A DNA stretch of 64,000 bases, taken from Octopus bimaculoides. Its lineage: Eukaryota. The translations under genes were made by a program, and so were the position numbers. This document shows, piece after piece, positions 40,601 through 53,790 of this stretch (position 1 is the stretch's first letter; the number at the start of each line of letters is the position of its first letter). The stretch covers positions 1,356,247 through 1,420,246 of the forward strand of contig NC_068992.1 of NCBI RefSeq assembly GCF_001194135.2. The letters are read 5' to 3'. The notes under the pieces were generated by a model. The model searched no databases. It was not told the origin of the DNA and saw nothing but the letters and a program-made list of their open reading frames with translations.

Positions 40601-41852
40601 TGCATCATTTTTACACTGGAAAAACTTGCGAGACTTTAATGAACAAGAAAATTGATGAGTGATACATCCATCAACCTAATATCGTCACTGGCACTAGGCA
40701 TATCGTCATTTTCTGAAATGTTCCCAACCAGATTGAGACAGAAATAAATATCAGAGTCCCTAAAATTGTTATCGAGGCCAGAAAACTTACGTAAACTTGA
40801 GTTTCTGTGCTTTGGTCTAGATTTCTTGTGCACATACACACACGCGTACAACATACATTTACAAATCGTGAAAAACGAAAATCGATATAAATAAGGTTGT
40901 ACACATGCATACGACGTAGAAACATTGGATTCATTACTTATGGAAGTTTGAATGCCTCCAGAATAAAGCGAAATGTTGATCTTTATGTTCGTCACATTTA
41001 CATTACGCATCTGGCTTTGTTGACTACAAGTTTTAATTTTAATCAGACGGTCACATCCAGAAATTTGTTATAGTTATGGATATTTTCAGTTTCAGTTTCA
41101 TATCAGTTTTATTTAATCTGTCAAATGGTAAAGACATTTCCCATATACAAAAGAAGTGATTTGGTATGAACCTCTCCGTCAGAGAACATTAAGATGTGAT
41201 GAGATTTAGTTACAATTTCTGCTCCATATAGTGACTATACGTTGTCATCTATGTAAAGCTGTGTTCTGTATTTTATTTACAGATAATGGCATAAGCACCG
41301 AGTGCATTAATCCATCTATTAACATCAATAATTTTATCCTTAAAATATACTGATATACTGTACTTGGTGTATAATAATGAACTTAGAGTGCTTTTACAAT
41401 TTCCCATTCTGTTTGCTAAATATATTCTTTACAAAAATATGTTCTTAATTTCATTACACGTGTGTGTGTGTGTTTGTGTGTGTTTATTTGCGTGTCTATA
41501 AATGTGTGTGAGGCTATATACGCGTGTTTATGTATGTACAGTTATGTATACTCAACATACAGATAAGAACCGTTCGAGTCAGTGTGTGATCCAGTAGTTT
41601 ACACTCTCCTTTATTCGTACTGATTTTCCTTAAGTTTCACATTCATATGTTCTTCATAATGTACGCAGAGTCGGATATTCTGAAATATTTAAATCCATTT
41701 ATGTTGCAACCCCTACTTGAAAGTGTCGATTAGAGTATGTCATCCATCTGAGAATTTAAGTTTGTACACTGTCAACTTGTATCATTTCATTACTCATAAT
41801 ACAGCGATTAATTTCTTTAAATTATATTATATATATATGTGTGTATATATAT

Positions 41853-42168
41853 NNNNNNNNNNNNNNNNNNNNNNNNNNNNNNNNNNNNNNNNNNNNNNNN
41901 NNNNNNNNNNNNNNNNNNNNNNNNNNNNNNNNNNNNNNNNNNNNNNNNNNNNNNNNNNNNNNNNNNNNNNNNNNNNNNNNNNNNNNNNNNNNNNNNNNNN
42001 NNNNNNNNNNNNNNNNNNNNNNNNNNNNNNNNNNNNNNNNNNNNNNNNNNNNNNNNNNNNNNNNNNNNNNNNNNNNNNNNNNNNNNNNNNNNNNNNNNNN
42101 NNNNNNNNNNNNNNNNNNNNNNNNNNNNNNNNNNNNNNNNNNNNNNNNNNNNNNNNNNNNNNNNNNNN
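41853..42168. other. Assembly gap within (TA)n
   Basis: Run of N. Confidence 1.
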
Positions 42169-42212
<44 letters not shown>

Positions 42213-42769
42213 CATAAATATTGTGTGTGTGTGCTTGAGTTCCATTAGTTGCTAGGATACGTTGAAAATTGCTAAGACGACAATTCTGAATCTCTAAATG
42301 TATTCTGAAAAGAAGTCACATGGAGGTCGAGTATATGTATACGAACAAAAAATATATAATATGCAATACAGTAATAATATTAATGCAGTTTCCGAAAAGT
42401 TAGTATCAATTTAAGGAAATGAAACATTTGCAATGGAAGAAACACTCTTTTCTTTCGCTAGACTCAACTTATTGTTGTTCATAGGAATTCGTCTATTGGT
42501 TGCATGGTCTCTAGATTCTCCATAAAATGTATTTTTAAGCTAATTCTAGAAGGAGAATGCGATACAGGCATTCTCCATAGAGTGCGTAAACACCAGCGAG
42601 ATTCTTGGACCGGCCATTAAGATTTCCCATACACGAAGACTTATTTTCCTTTCTTTTTTTTTCTGCGGATTAACTAGAATTCTTAAACTTATACAAATAA
42701 CGCAATTCCAAAAATGCTAATATGCTAATACTACTATGATTGTTATGTTTGTGGTGCTTGTAGATGTTG

Positions 42770-42789
42770 CTGCTACTACTACTACTACA

Positions 42790-42870
<81 letters not shown>

Positions 42871-42920
42871 CCTAATAATAATAGTAATAATAATAATAAT
42901 AATAAAATAATAATAAAAAA
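42770..42920. repeat. Compound (CTA)n(GAT)n(TAA)n trinucleotide array
   Basis: Directly visible. Confidence 0.97.
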
Positions 42921-42922
42921 AT

Positions 42923-43444
42923 AAAACGAGAAAGCAACCATACTCTGGGATATGCCAATACACACAGATAGAGAAATTAAGGCAAATAGACCAGATATAG
43001 TTGTCAAAGATCATAAAGAAAAAAAATGCTTTCTAATTGATGTATCAATACCAGCAGATGACAACGTTTCTCTAAAAGAAATGGAAAAACTTTCAAAATA
43101 CAAAGACCTGGAAATAGAGATAACTCAATGTGGAATCTAAAAACAGAAACAATTCCTATCATAGTAGGTGCCTTAGGTATAATAAAAAAATATTCAGACA
43201 AATACATAACAAAAATACCAGGACTTACAAATATATATAACATACAGAAAATTGCACTACTGGGTACTGCACACATTCTACGCAAAACACTTTCAATACA
43301 GTAAACATAAGAGCACCACAGCAAACCACAGCACAGAGCTGCGCTCGGTAGTGAAGTGAAAGCACGTTATAAAAATAAAACTACTGAACAATAATAATAA
43401 TAATAGTAATAATAGTAATAATAGTAATAAGAATAATAATAATA
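42923..43444 (+). mobile_element. 5'-truncated R4/Dong-type LINE 3' end (RLE domain, 3' UTR, (AAT)n tail)
   Basis: NEKATILWDMPIHTDREIKANRPDIVVKD..LIDVSIP..KYKDLEIEIT, then a 1-nt frameshift near 43126, then MWNLKTETIPIIVGALG..IQKIALLGTAHILRKTLSIQ* (stop 43302-43304). Tail at 43389-43444. Confidence 0.92.
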
Positions 43445-43445
43445 T

Positions 43446-43660
43446 GATGGCAACGAGCTAGCAGAAACATTAGTACACAAGAGAAAATGCTGAGCGGCCT
43501 TTCTTCCGGTTTTGCCCTCTATGTTCAAATTCCGCTGAAGTTGACTTTGCCTTTAATCCTTTTGGGACCTATAAAATAAGCACCCGTTGAACACTGGGGC
43601 ATATCTAATAATTTTGCACCTCCCCACCAAAACAATTCAGTCCTTGTGTCTACAGTAGAA
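43446..43660 (+). mobile_element. SINE family B, diverged
   Basis: ggcaacgagctagcagaaacattag..gttcaaattccgc..gactttgcctttaatcctttggg..aagcacccgttgaacactgggg. Confidence 0.75.
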
Positions 43661-45569
43661 AGTATAATTATGAAATGTATTGTAGATGTTTCTATTAGAT
43701 TTCTATTGTCGTTTATTGGAATATTTTGTTATTTTTTGCAACAGTGGAGAGTTTCTTTTATGTTTCTAGTTATAGAAGGCTCCATCCATCTTGTTAATTC
43801 TCATATGTTTGTGTTCTATTGCAATATTTCTTTCCTGAATATAATTAGATTTTGTGTCACAAATCTACACATTGATAAAAGCGTTTTCTATATTTAAAAG
43901 GTAAATCTGCCGAAATTGCTTGCTATTTAGCCCTGCATTGCTTTAGGCTTCGATTCTACTTTGTTCTCTAAATATTGTATTACATCACCTGTGATTATTC
44001 AATTCATTCGTATCTTTGGTATTCTTTAGCTTTCCAAAAATAATATTTTCTTGTGCTTTGGGGGATGGATTTATATTTTGAAACAATATTTGTTGTTGGA
44101 GAAACTAACGGCAAGTCTGCAATATTTGTTATGTCGCTCCTGCTTCCCAGTTTAAAATAAAGGTCATTGAATTACATTGCACATTAAAAAAAAAAATTAT
44201 TTATTTATTTGTTTATTATTCTTTTTTTTTTTTTTGTAAACCAATGAATATAAAGCAAATGCTTGTTCCATATATATACATATAAGACAGGATTTTGCAT
44301 TTGACATTTCTGAAAGCTCACAAATATATTTTTAAACGTATTTTTTCTTAAACCGATTCACCTTTGATTTGGGATTTCGTCTGAGTTTTAGCGAGTATAT
44401 ATTTAATTAAATATAATAATCTACGCATAAATTTACCTATAATGCCGTTGGCGCATTAATTTGATTTTTCTATTTTTTGTGTAGCTTCCGTTAATTTTTT
44501 GTTTTGTTTCATATATGCTTTCATTGCGATTTAATATTCAGTGGGTAACTGCCATTGTTTTCTATGTTTAAGCATGTGTATGCATGTGTGCGCGTGCTTG
44601 TGTACATTACATATTTATTTTATATGGATCTTCACATGTTATATCTTGGGTTTAGTTATTTCTAAACGTGAACATTTTATGCCATATCCACTTACAGTCC
44701 TGTTTCTTGAGACACACCATAGCTAAGTTGAATTATCCCAGTAATATTGAGATTCACATTTTTCATTGCATGTGTGTTTTTATGTTCGTTGATGATATTG
44801 TTGTTCTAACGTCAGCTTCTACTTTCAAGAGAAGGATTTGCTGGACCACAGAAAATTGTCTATCGATCTGAACTTCTTCCCAGTTCCTCAACGTATAATA
44901 TTGGCATATTCATAATTTCTTGGTAAAGTGATTTAGAAAAATATTTTCCTATATATTTTTCAGCTTTTATAAGTATTTTGAATGAATTATAGTGTTTTAA
45001 TCATTCATTTATTTATTGCTTTATTTCTATTGCATTACTTTCTTGCATTTATCTTTAAATATCGTCACAACATTTAACTTAGAGGCTAGTTTTATTGAAT
45101 ATATTTGATTATTCTTTGTTGTTTTCGTTTATTTATAATGTGGATTCTCATTTTGATTTTAATCATTCTCTCTGAAGATTCCCTGCAATCCATCTTACAC
45201 GCTTTAGTTGTAGCAGTCTATAATTCACTGTAGAAGTTCGTTATTTTTCTGTGCGATGGAGAATTTTTTGTGCATAGCGAGCAATGATTTTCAACTGTAG
45301 CTAAAATATCAGCAATGAATTGAGAGAGAGATTTGTAGAGTACAAAGAAGAATGAGTGAATAAACAGGTGGAAAAAAATATATGACAGTATGAAGTCCAG
45401 AGTTTATTAAATTATATTTTGTTATATTAAGATTTCCAGAGTAATGCTTGAAGTAAATGATCTTACTATGTTTACTATTTCTGTTTACTACGATTACATC
45501 AAGTCTCTTTGAAAGCCTGTATAGAGAAATCTCACAAAATACTGTAATTATATTTCTTTCAGACAACCT

Positions 45570-45760
45570 CTTAGAGATGTAACAATATAACCTTTTCGTC
45601 AACTCGGCTGACATCCCATGCATTATCTCTCATCTCACAAAGGGACCTGCTTCTCATACGGCTTTGTGCAAGCTTACTGCACTCACCCAGCACGAAGGGG
45701 GTCCACTTTTGAACACATTCTATTTTTGCTATCTTAGCGAATTTTATTAGCCTTTCTCTT
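45570..45760 (-). mobile_element. Mariner-type transposase remnant
   Basis: KIAKIECVQKWTPFVLGE...VDEKVILLH resembles mariner GKxxKxxxWVPHEL...TGDEKWILY, with similar motif spacing. Confidence 0.45.
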
Positions 45761-45934
45761 TATCGAATTCTTCAATCAACCTTGTCCATTCAGAACTTCT
45801 GTGGTTTGTAGCTGGAATAGGTTCTTCAATCGATTCTTGTTCCATATATTTGTACACACGTTTTTTCTTTCTCTCCTTTCTTTTCCTTCGGGGAAAAACA
45901 TCGACTTATCCACTTCTTAGTAAATATAACTCGT

Positions 45935-46109
<175 letters not shown>

Positions 46110-46111
46110 TA

Positions 46112-46310
46112 AATTTTGTGAGGGTGCAAGGGTTAGTGGTTTGGCAGTTGGACACATGATAGTGATATTGTGGTTTCAGTTCCTAGACCGGATGTTGCGT
46201 TTTCATGTTGAATAAAACACTTCAACTCATGTGCTCTGTGTGCCACCCTACGCGTGGCACACAGTGCACCTGTTCAGACAACGTGGATTTGATGGGGAGC
46301 GTGAGCTAAT
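46112..46310 (+). mobile_element. Old tRNA-head SINE-like remnant
   Basis: gggttagtggtttggcagttggacacatgat..gtggtttcagttcctagacc (degenerate A/B boxes). Contains a 9-bp hairpin gtgtgccac/gtggcacac at 46238-46262. Confidence 0.35.
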
Positions 46311-48023
46311 GTCTCCTATATTACGCCACATAACACTTTTCAGACTGTATTAAGCTTAATAACTTCCGTTACTGGAAACATGTTATCAATGAAAATTGCG
46401 GCTCCATGTAACTTTTAATATTTATTCACATGACATTGATGATAATTTTGAATGTACAATCAAATTAGAAATGAATTGACAATTAAATCAAAAACAATGT
46501 AATTATGTTGAATCCCTACCTTTTCATTCTCGTGAGAATTCTATTTTTGAATTTGATTCTTCCCCATATATTTAATGCATTTTAACCTAAATCTGAAATT
46601 AAGGAATCATTGAAAATACCTACAACAGTTCAATGCGCATGGTTTCTTCTAATTCACCAAAATGTTCAGTAATTATGTCAATAAAAGATATTGGAAAGGT
46701 TAAAAAAGGTATTCTGGAAGATATTGTTAATTCAATCATTTTTATAAACGCATCATTAATATTGTATATAAACTACATGGAAATGTAATTTTAGTTGATT
46801 AGTTAAAATAAATTCTAAACAAGTGATAATATAACATTATCCTGCCATCGTAGATGCAATGGATGTTCATCGTTCAATGTTTAAATAAATTACATTGTTA
46901 CGAGAAATAACCCAAATTAATTTGTATTCATTCTATTAAAATTCATAAATATTCCACTGCTTCATGTTACCTTTTACCAGGCAGTTGCTAATTTACTGAA
47001 TTTCCGACGAATGAATCGAAGTGAATTGGTGAGTTATGCCTTCGATTCCAACAAAATGAAAGGCAAATTTTCCACAGTATTATTAGAATTCTGATTATAC
47101 AATTATGTAGTTAGACATTGAGAGGTATTTTCTATGATAGTCTTTAACTTAAAATTCTTCACATAACCTGTATTGGAACATTATGCGAATTGTGATATCT
47201 AATGTCGTTTCGTTGCTTCTGTAAATATTCATAGATAGTGCAGCAAGTTAATTAGCCACTTGTATTTCACAGAAAGAAAAGCTGCAGACGTTTAATTGTA
47301 CTTATTTATGAGGTAGGCATAATCAACATGGGAGAATGAATTGTTATTGTAAAGGGATATGTGGAACAGGAAACAGAGTATCAACGCTGCAACTGTGCAT
47401 CGACATTGCAGCCTAGAATAATATTATTGTAGCCATGAGATTCTTATTTATGGTACGTTTAATACATATGTGAGTGCGTGTATTTGCGTGCGTGCGTGAA
47501 ACACCATTTGTATGAAACCGTATTACTTTCTCAGTATTATCGTTTTATGATATTCACTAAATATACTTGGACTATCCAGTTACGGTCTTTATTATTGTTT
47601 GCAAATTTTCGGTAACAACCCTTCGTCAGAGGAATCCACCGTTCAGAAATACGAAAATGTTTTAACCTTAACTATTATTGCTATGATAATCGGTTATTTT
47701 CAATAGAATAAGAAAAAATATTGTTCCTAAGGATGAAAGAGTTACAATTTCGCAATTCCTCAAGTTTGGCTTCATGAATGTTTTCCAATAGACAAACCTG
47801 TCACTTACACATTACAAAGAAGGTTTTGTGTTTGTTCAGTATCAACTCAATATTAATTTGATATTGAATATAATTTAGTATGAATTTGAAGAGAGGATAT
47901 ATATTTTGTAAACAAAACCTGGTTCAACAATTTGCCGTATAATCCATAATACAGAGCTTACTGCAACTAAGTGCCTGACTCAAATTTTCAATTAAGCAAC
48001 CCCATTAACATTATTTGATTCTG

Positions 48024-48240
48024 TAAAGCAGCGAACTGGCAGAATCCTTAGTACACCGGGCAAAACATTTAGCGGCATTTCAGCCATCTTTACTTTCCGA
48101 GTTCAAAATCTGCCGAGATCGATTTTGCCTTTCATCTCTTCAGTGTTAATAAAATAAGTACCAGTTGAATAACGGAATCGATAAAATCACCTCCCCGCTC
48201 CACTGAAAGGACTGGCTTTGTGCGAAAGTTTGAAACCAAT
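48024..48240 (+). mobile_element. SINE family B, near full length
   Basis: gcagcgaactggcagaatccttag..gagttcaaaatctgccgag..aagtaccagttga..tttgaaaccaat. Confidence 0.8.
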
Positions 48241-48255
48241 ACTATTTTATGCTGT

Positions 48256-48355
48256 ATGGCAGCGAACTGGCAGAACAAATTAATTACGTCTAGCGGCAAT
48301 TCTTCCGATCTTATGTTCTGAGTTCAAATACCACCGTGATCGACTTTGCCTTTCA
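48256..48355 (+). mobile_element. SINE family B, 5' fragment in tandem
   Basis: ggcagcgaactggcagaa..gttctgagttcaaataccaccg..cgactttgcctttca. Confidence 0.7.
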
Positions 48356-48619
48356 ATCAAAGCTATTATCAAAGTTATCATCCATATACACACTGATGAT
48401 TTCGATATTATACAGAAGGAAGTGCGGTGACATTACACCAGTCACTGGTAAGTCTTTATAAGTGAATGTATCCTCTCTGCGATATGAAACCTATTGATTG
48501 TTCATAAAAGGCACATACATGGACCAAAGCTGCGCTTTCGTAGCTAACTACATGTAGATTCTTATTCCTATATGTATTAGATCTGCTCCAATTATTTCAG
48601 ACTACTAATCACACTATCT

Positions 48620-48830
48620 TCCATGGATACCTCCTACAAAGAATCTATATCTCGTCTATCACCCATCCAATATAAACAGGCAAACATTCAAAGTTTAAAC
48701 TATTTAACATTAAACGCATTTCAACCCTCACCTAACAGAATTCCAGTTCAACTATTCTGGATCTTTTCAACTACATACCTTTCTCCATTTCAAACCACAA
48801 TTCACCTCGTATAGACACAACAACAAAATG
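48620..48830 (+). mobile_element. Possible decayed Penelope-type RT fragment
   Basis: KNLY and STTYLSPF..QQQNGA loosely match Penelope RT SLYT and TTYFxF..YxQxxG motifs. Confidence 0.22.
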
Positions 48831-49337
48831 GTGCGTCCTCATACGATTCACAGTATAATCGTTCAATTTACCCATCCCACTTCATAAACACAGTACAAGA
48901 TAAATAGAAACAGTAAGTCCTGTATATGACAGCACGTATTTTACAGCAATTGTTTCCACAAATATTAAAAGTGCAAACTGCAGCTAAAACGATATCATAA
49001 ACTTGTCGTCAAAACGTATAAGTGATTTTTTTTGTGATGGAAGTAATTCCCATAATTTCCCATTGATACCAGCCATACTTGGAGGTCCCTTGCTGTTCCT
49101 TTGAAGCGAAAGCGCATCCTCCATATTCACTGCAATGCCAACACTGGCTCAATGGCAATCACGACATGTTCCACTACACATGATTTTAGAGGCATTGTAT
49201 ATTTTGAACATTATATTATACACAGCATGTTGCCTCCTAATTATTATTCAACCTACACTATTTCTTGTTACATATTTTTGGTGAATTTGCATATTCCAAC
49301 CTATATCGACAGGTAAATACACATTCATACGATCCTG

Positions 49338-49393
<56 letters not shown>

Positions 49394-50020
49394 TGCATGT
49401 GTACATTTGTATATACCCATGGAGGCAAAGCTTTCTATTGTTGGATGAATTCCGTAGATCACGTACGCGATTGAATTGACATATACTTCAAACCAATTGT
49501 TACAATACAATTTTAGCAGCAACAATATAGAACTCATTACGTGTATATTTTACCCGATATTTATGAAAGTGTGTATTTGTGCATATACTTATTTGAGTAT
49601 TTATAACCTTAGGAATAATACCAATTAACTATTGTGTTACTGCATAATGACGTTATTTTCATATCTTCTATTGTATAAGTGCATAAGTATTTACAAATCA
49701 AAAGCTCCCAGCAATTTGCAAAGAATCTAACACAAAGTAATGTAATGATCATTATGATCCCTAAATGATTACGCCCATCGAATTAACCCTTTGCCTTTTT
49801 GTGAATTCTTGCAATGCAAAATCTTCTTTGATATCTCCATCCTTATGCCACTGTTATTGAATCTTCAGATGGATAATTGGAAAGTTTCAGCTTGAATCAC
49901 TGGATGCTGCATTAACACCATTCAGTGTATTAATAGAAAAAAATATATATGTGTATGTATGTATGTATATATGTAGATATGTGGGTGCATATATATGTAT
50001 ATGCATATATATATATATGT

Positions 50021-50076
<56 letters not shown>

Positions 50077-50269
50077 GCAATTATAGGCGTAAATATATAC
50101 ATAATTCACATACACACACTTATATACATAGGGAGGGAAAGAGAAAGCGAGACAGAGACAAGTTGAAGGGGGAAACTTTCAGTCCATTTTTCCCTGTATT
50201 ACTTAACGTTATCTGCCCGAAGTTGTTGTTTGGAAACATACAATGGTATTAATTGCTGCAGTGAGTATC

Positions 50270-50470
50270 ACTTTACCAATAGACTAATAACTGTTTGTGG
50301 TTGGTGAGGTGGTTTTCACATCTTCCAAATCGATTTTATCTTTTGGATGTATCGAGTGGATGCTGGTGAACACAATATAAACATAATGATCGAGTGATAT
50401 CAAGCTGAATAATACGGCATTTTCTGATTTGATAAAGATGTACAATACTTATAGGCTCGTTTGTTGAGTT
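50270..50470 (+). mobile_element. Possible decayed Gypsy-like RT fragment
   Basis: SSKSILSFG / FQIDF and DIKLNNTAFS..YRL loosely follow FSKIDL..GY.Q..EDIxKTAF..YEFxRMPFG. Confidence 0.2.
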
Positions 50471-51331
50471 TAAAACAATGGCTGAAGTAAAGCCAGAATA
50501 AAATATAATCAAGATTAAAGAAACAAATATATAATAAAGAAAGAAATTTGTTACCAGGGAGAGGTGTAGATACAGAGGAGAATGAGATGTTTTGAAAGGA
50601 AATAAGAGTGTGAAAATGAAGAAAAAGAGAGAGTGGGAGGGAGATTGTGATTATGTGCGTAGGCGAGAGGATAAAGACATTAGAACAGCATCATTCTTAC
50701 CTGAGATAAAGACGATTTGAAGCATAAAATATAGTGGATAAGCAGAAAGATCCAATAAATATATAGCACGGGAAATGTCGAGAAATCTATTGTTGGGGTC
50801 GAATTCAAAAACAAACAGAAAAATACATATTTTGTGTTAAATGTAAAATAAACAAAAGAACATAGAATAACTATAACAGATCGAAGCCAAAGGACGAATA
50901 TGATTTGAGATGGATAGCGTAGGAAAATATATAGAAGAGAAAATGAAAAATACATCCAATAGAGAGTCTGATGTAGTAAATCATTTAAAACATCGTCCAC
51001 AAGACATTAACCGCGAGTTGTGGAAGTGTTGTGTAACGTCTATATAAAATGTTTTAAAATTGATGTGACGACATTTGAAAAGGATGAAATCTTCGTAGCA
51101 GTAGATGAATTTCCAACATATTTTCAAGTAACAAAACTAACAATTACTATTAGTCAGAGAGAAGCAACAGGCATTATCCCCTTCGTGTTAGAGGTCTCAA
51201 AACCAGAATGTAAGATATCAATCATTGGCATTTTCGGCTCGAAACAATATTCTTTGACACAGGAGTATACATTTATCACCCAGGCACAAACACCCGTCTA
51301 ATTATCATATTACAAGCCATGCTATATCTAC

Positions 51332-51401
51332 AGTTCTATATTTAGAGATAAGGAATTATGTAAATAATGTACATAATTCCTCATCTCTTAAATATAGAAC
51401 T
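51332..51401. repeat. Near-perfect 70-bp inverted repeat (MITE-like palindrome)
   Basis: Arms agttctatattta-gagataaggaattatgta and tacataattcctcatctcttaaatatagaact, 7-nt loop; one mismatch and one 1-nt bulge. Confidence 0.9.
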
Positions 51402-51557
51402 TTATCATCTAATAGGTAAGGACCCAACATTAGACTTCAATGGAGACATATAGAGGAACTCCATCAAAAGCTAGCTCCTCTTTCACATCTAAAACTTTTT
51501 GCTAAAACTTTAAAAATTGAATATATACGTTTTTGCGTCGTAACTCCTTTATTATTA

Positions 51558-51597
<40 letters not shown>

Positions 51598-51601
<4 letters not shown>

Positions 51602-51757
51602 CGACGGGCTTTTTTTAAATTTCCGGCTACCAAATCCACTCACAAGTCTTTGGTTGGCCCGTGGCTATAGTAGAAGACACTTGCCCAAGGTGTCACGCTA
51701 TGAGACTGAACACGGAACCACTGGTTGGTAAGCAAGCTACATACCACACAGCCACTC
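51598..51757 (-). mobile_element. SINE family A, 5' half
   Basis: acgacgggc..ctaccaaatccactcacaag..gacacttgcccaaggtg..ggttggtaagcaagctacataccacacagccactc; (TA)n lies at the linker position. Confidence 0.85.
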
Positions 51758-51924
51758 GCCGATAAACATTAGTTCAATATTCAAGTATCTTCAACGGAGA
51801 AAAACTTCAATTTAGCAATAGCCTTGCTTTGGAGGTAAGTGTGATATATTGGTCTAATGTGGGAGGAAAGCAAAGCAAAACAATGTCTTTTTATTGATCA
51901 GTGAAGACCGAAAAGGCAGTTAAG

Positions 51925-52200
51925 ATGAATAGTTTTCTATACGCGTACAAATTTCAGGATTGTCCCCGTTTGAACCATTTCTCCCGGTACAGGATATTTA
52001 TTCCAGAACATTCAGATATAATATTCCCAAACAATACCAGTCTACACTGCAAATTCGGTTTCAGATTCACTCCATCCACAACTCCATCTTTAACCAACAC
52101 CTGAAATGCTGTCCACGTCCCATTTTTAATCTGCATCGCTAATTGAAGCCACACTGGAACTGCAATCTAAACCATCGTAGCAACCTGGAATATAACCCGA
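51925..52200 (+). mobile_element. Penelope-like GIY-YIG endonuclease remnant
   Basis: YAYKFQDCPR (VVYKFxCPxC-like), LQIRFQIHS..SIFNQHLKCC, and LIEATLELQSKP (LEAL.I...KP-like) in order, across frameshifts. Confidence 0.4.
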
Positions 52201-53752
52201 AATCACAACACGTAAACGTCAGCCTCAGTCTACAAGGCAATTAAAGCCTGCAGCATCAACGCCAGAACATTATTGTGCACTATAAATACGACCGATTCTG
52301 CAAAGTCTTCTTGCATCTATACTTATATATACAAAACAAAGAGAACGTGTAAACATATATACACTCAGGTAAGATTGATTATACACATATGTGTGCGTGC
52401 GCGCGTATTTCGATGGAAAACAAATTTAAAAAGTGAATCAATCCATCTAGAGATGGAAGGAAAGATAAACTGACATTTTGTCAATTATTCTGTAATATTG
52501 CATATTATGCCACTCAACAATATGAATAACAGTATTATTCTAACTCCATACCAGTTAATTACTAGAAGCTTCATACGGCTTTAGTTAACACGTATTTACT
52601 AATATTTAGTATACATATGAATACACTTACATTTGAGTTAAAATCCATCTTTCTGTCTTCTATAAATGATATTGCAATTTGATGAAGATGATAAGTTGCC
52701 ATGATTTATATCTATCAAATCGTAATACCAGGATATTGCTTCTATAATAGATTTGCTGTAATTTATTTTATCCTAACAATTCACGGTATGATATCAATAA
52801 ATTGCAAACATATTATCTTGCCGCTAATATTAATGGAAAGCAATCAATAATGACATGTCTTCCTATATTTATCAGTAATGAATGTCTGTCAATCTAATAA
52901 ACCAACTGGTGGTGTTTATACAGAATTAATTTCACAGGAGACTTTTAGATGGATGACAGAACCGACTGAATTTATTCCGAAAATTACTTTTATGTGGAAG
53001 TGATATGACTTACATTTAATTCCAGTTGTGAGCACTGCTTACATGATACAAATTGTTGGATCCAACTCCTTAATGTCTCCCACTACATTTCCCGTGGTAA
53101 TTAGTCCTCCATTTCCTCTTTAACTCCTAGATGTTTGAACTATGCAGTATTGAGGTATTCCAGTTGTCGACGCAATAGTCTACTGTTTATAGATTGAATG
53201 GTTTAATTTTGAACTGAATATTACCAAATTCCATGCAATAATGTATGAGTCTATCAGTTCGATGCTTTTTGAAGCTATTCATTGAAGAAAGCAGGGGCTT
53301 AAAAAAGAAGAAAATTATTGCGTATTGCCTACGTCATATATATATAGAGAGAGGAAGGGCTTAAGAAGGCTACCATTTGTTTTATGCCGTGACAAATACC
53401 AGTAATTATTATGCCTTCCAAGTGGAACTTTGTTGCTCGTCTTCATCTTGGAATAAAACACAACAAAACCACACGAGATCGACCGTGCTAACACGAACTG
53501 TTAAGTGCGTATTTGCAAAAGCGGAATGCGGGTGCTGCTCTGTGAGCCAATGCATATGCGTGCCTATATTATGCATGGTTGCATACACGTGTGTATATTT
53601 ATGAATTCATGAATCTTAATGAATGCATAATAATATTTATTTGCTCATTCCAAAATCTCGTGCGCTCTGGAATATTTATTCATCAATGCAATGCTGAGTC
53701 GTCTTCTAACTTCGATATTAACGTATACGTATATGCATACATACATACACAC

Positions 53753-53790
<38 letters not shown>

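Noticed and set aside
40636-41010. 124-aa minus-strand ORF
   Set aside because: No recognisable domain; crosses CA-rich simple sequence.
49115-49129. HPPYS mariner-like motif
   Set aside because: The following PDLAPSD residues and other transposase motifs are absent.
51020-51301. 93-aa plus-strand ORF
   Set aside because: No recognisable domain or splice context; lies among decayed TE sequence.
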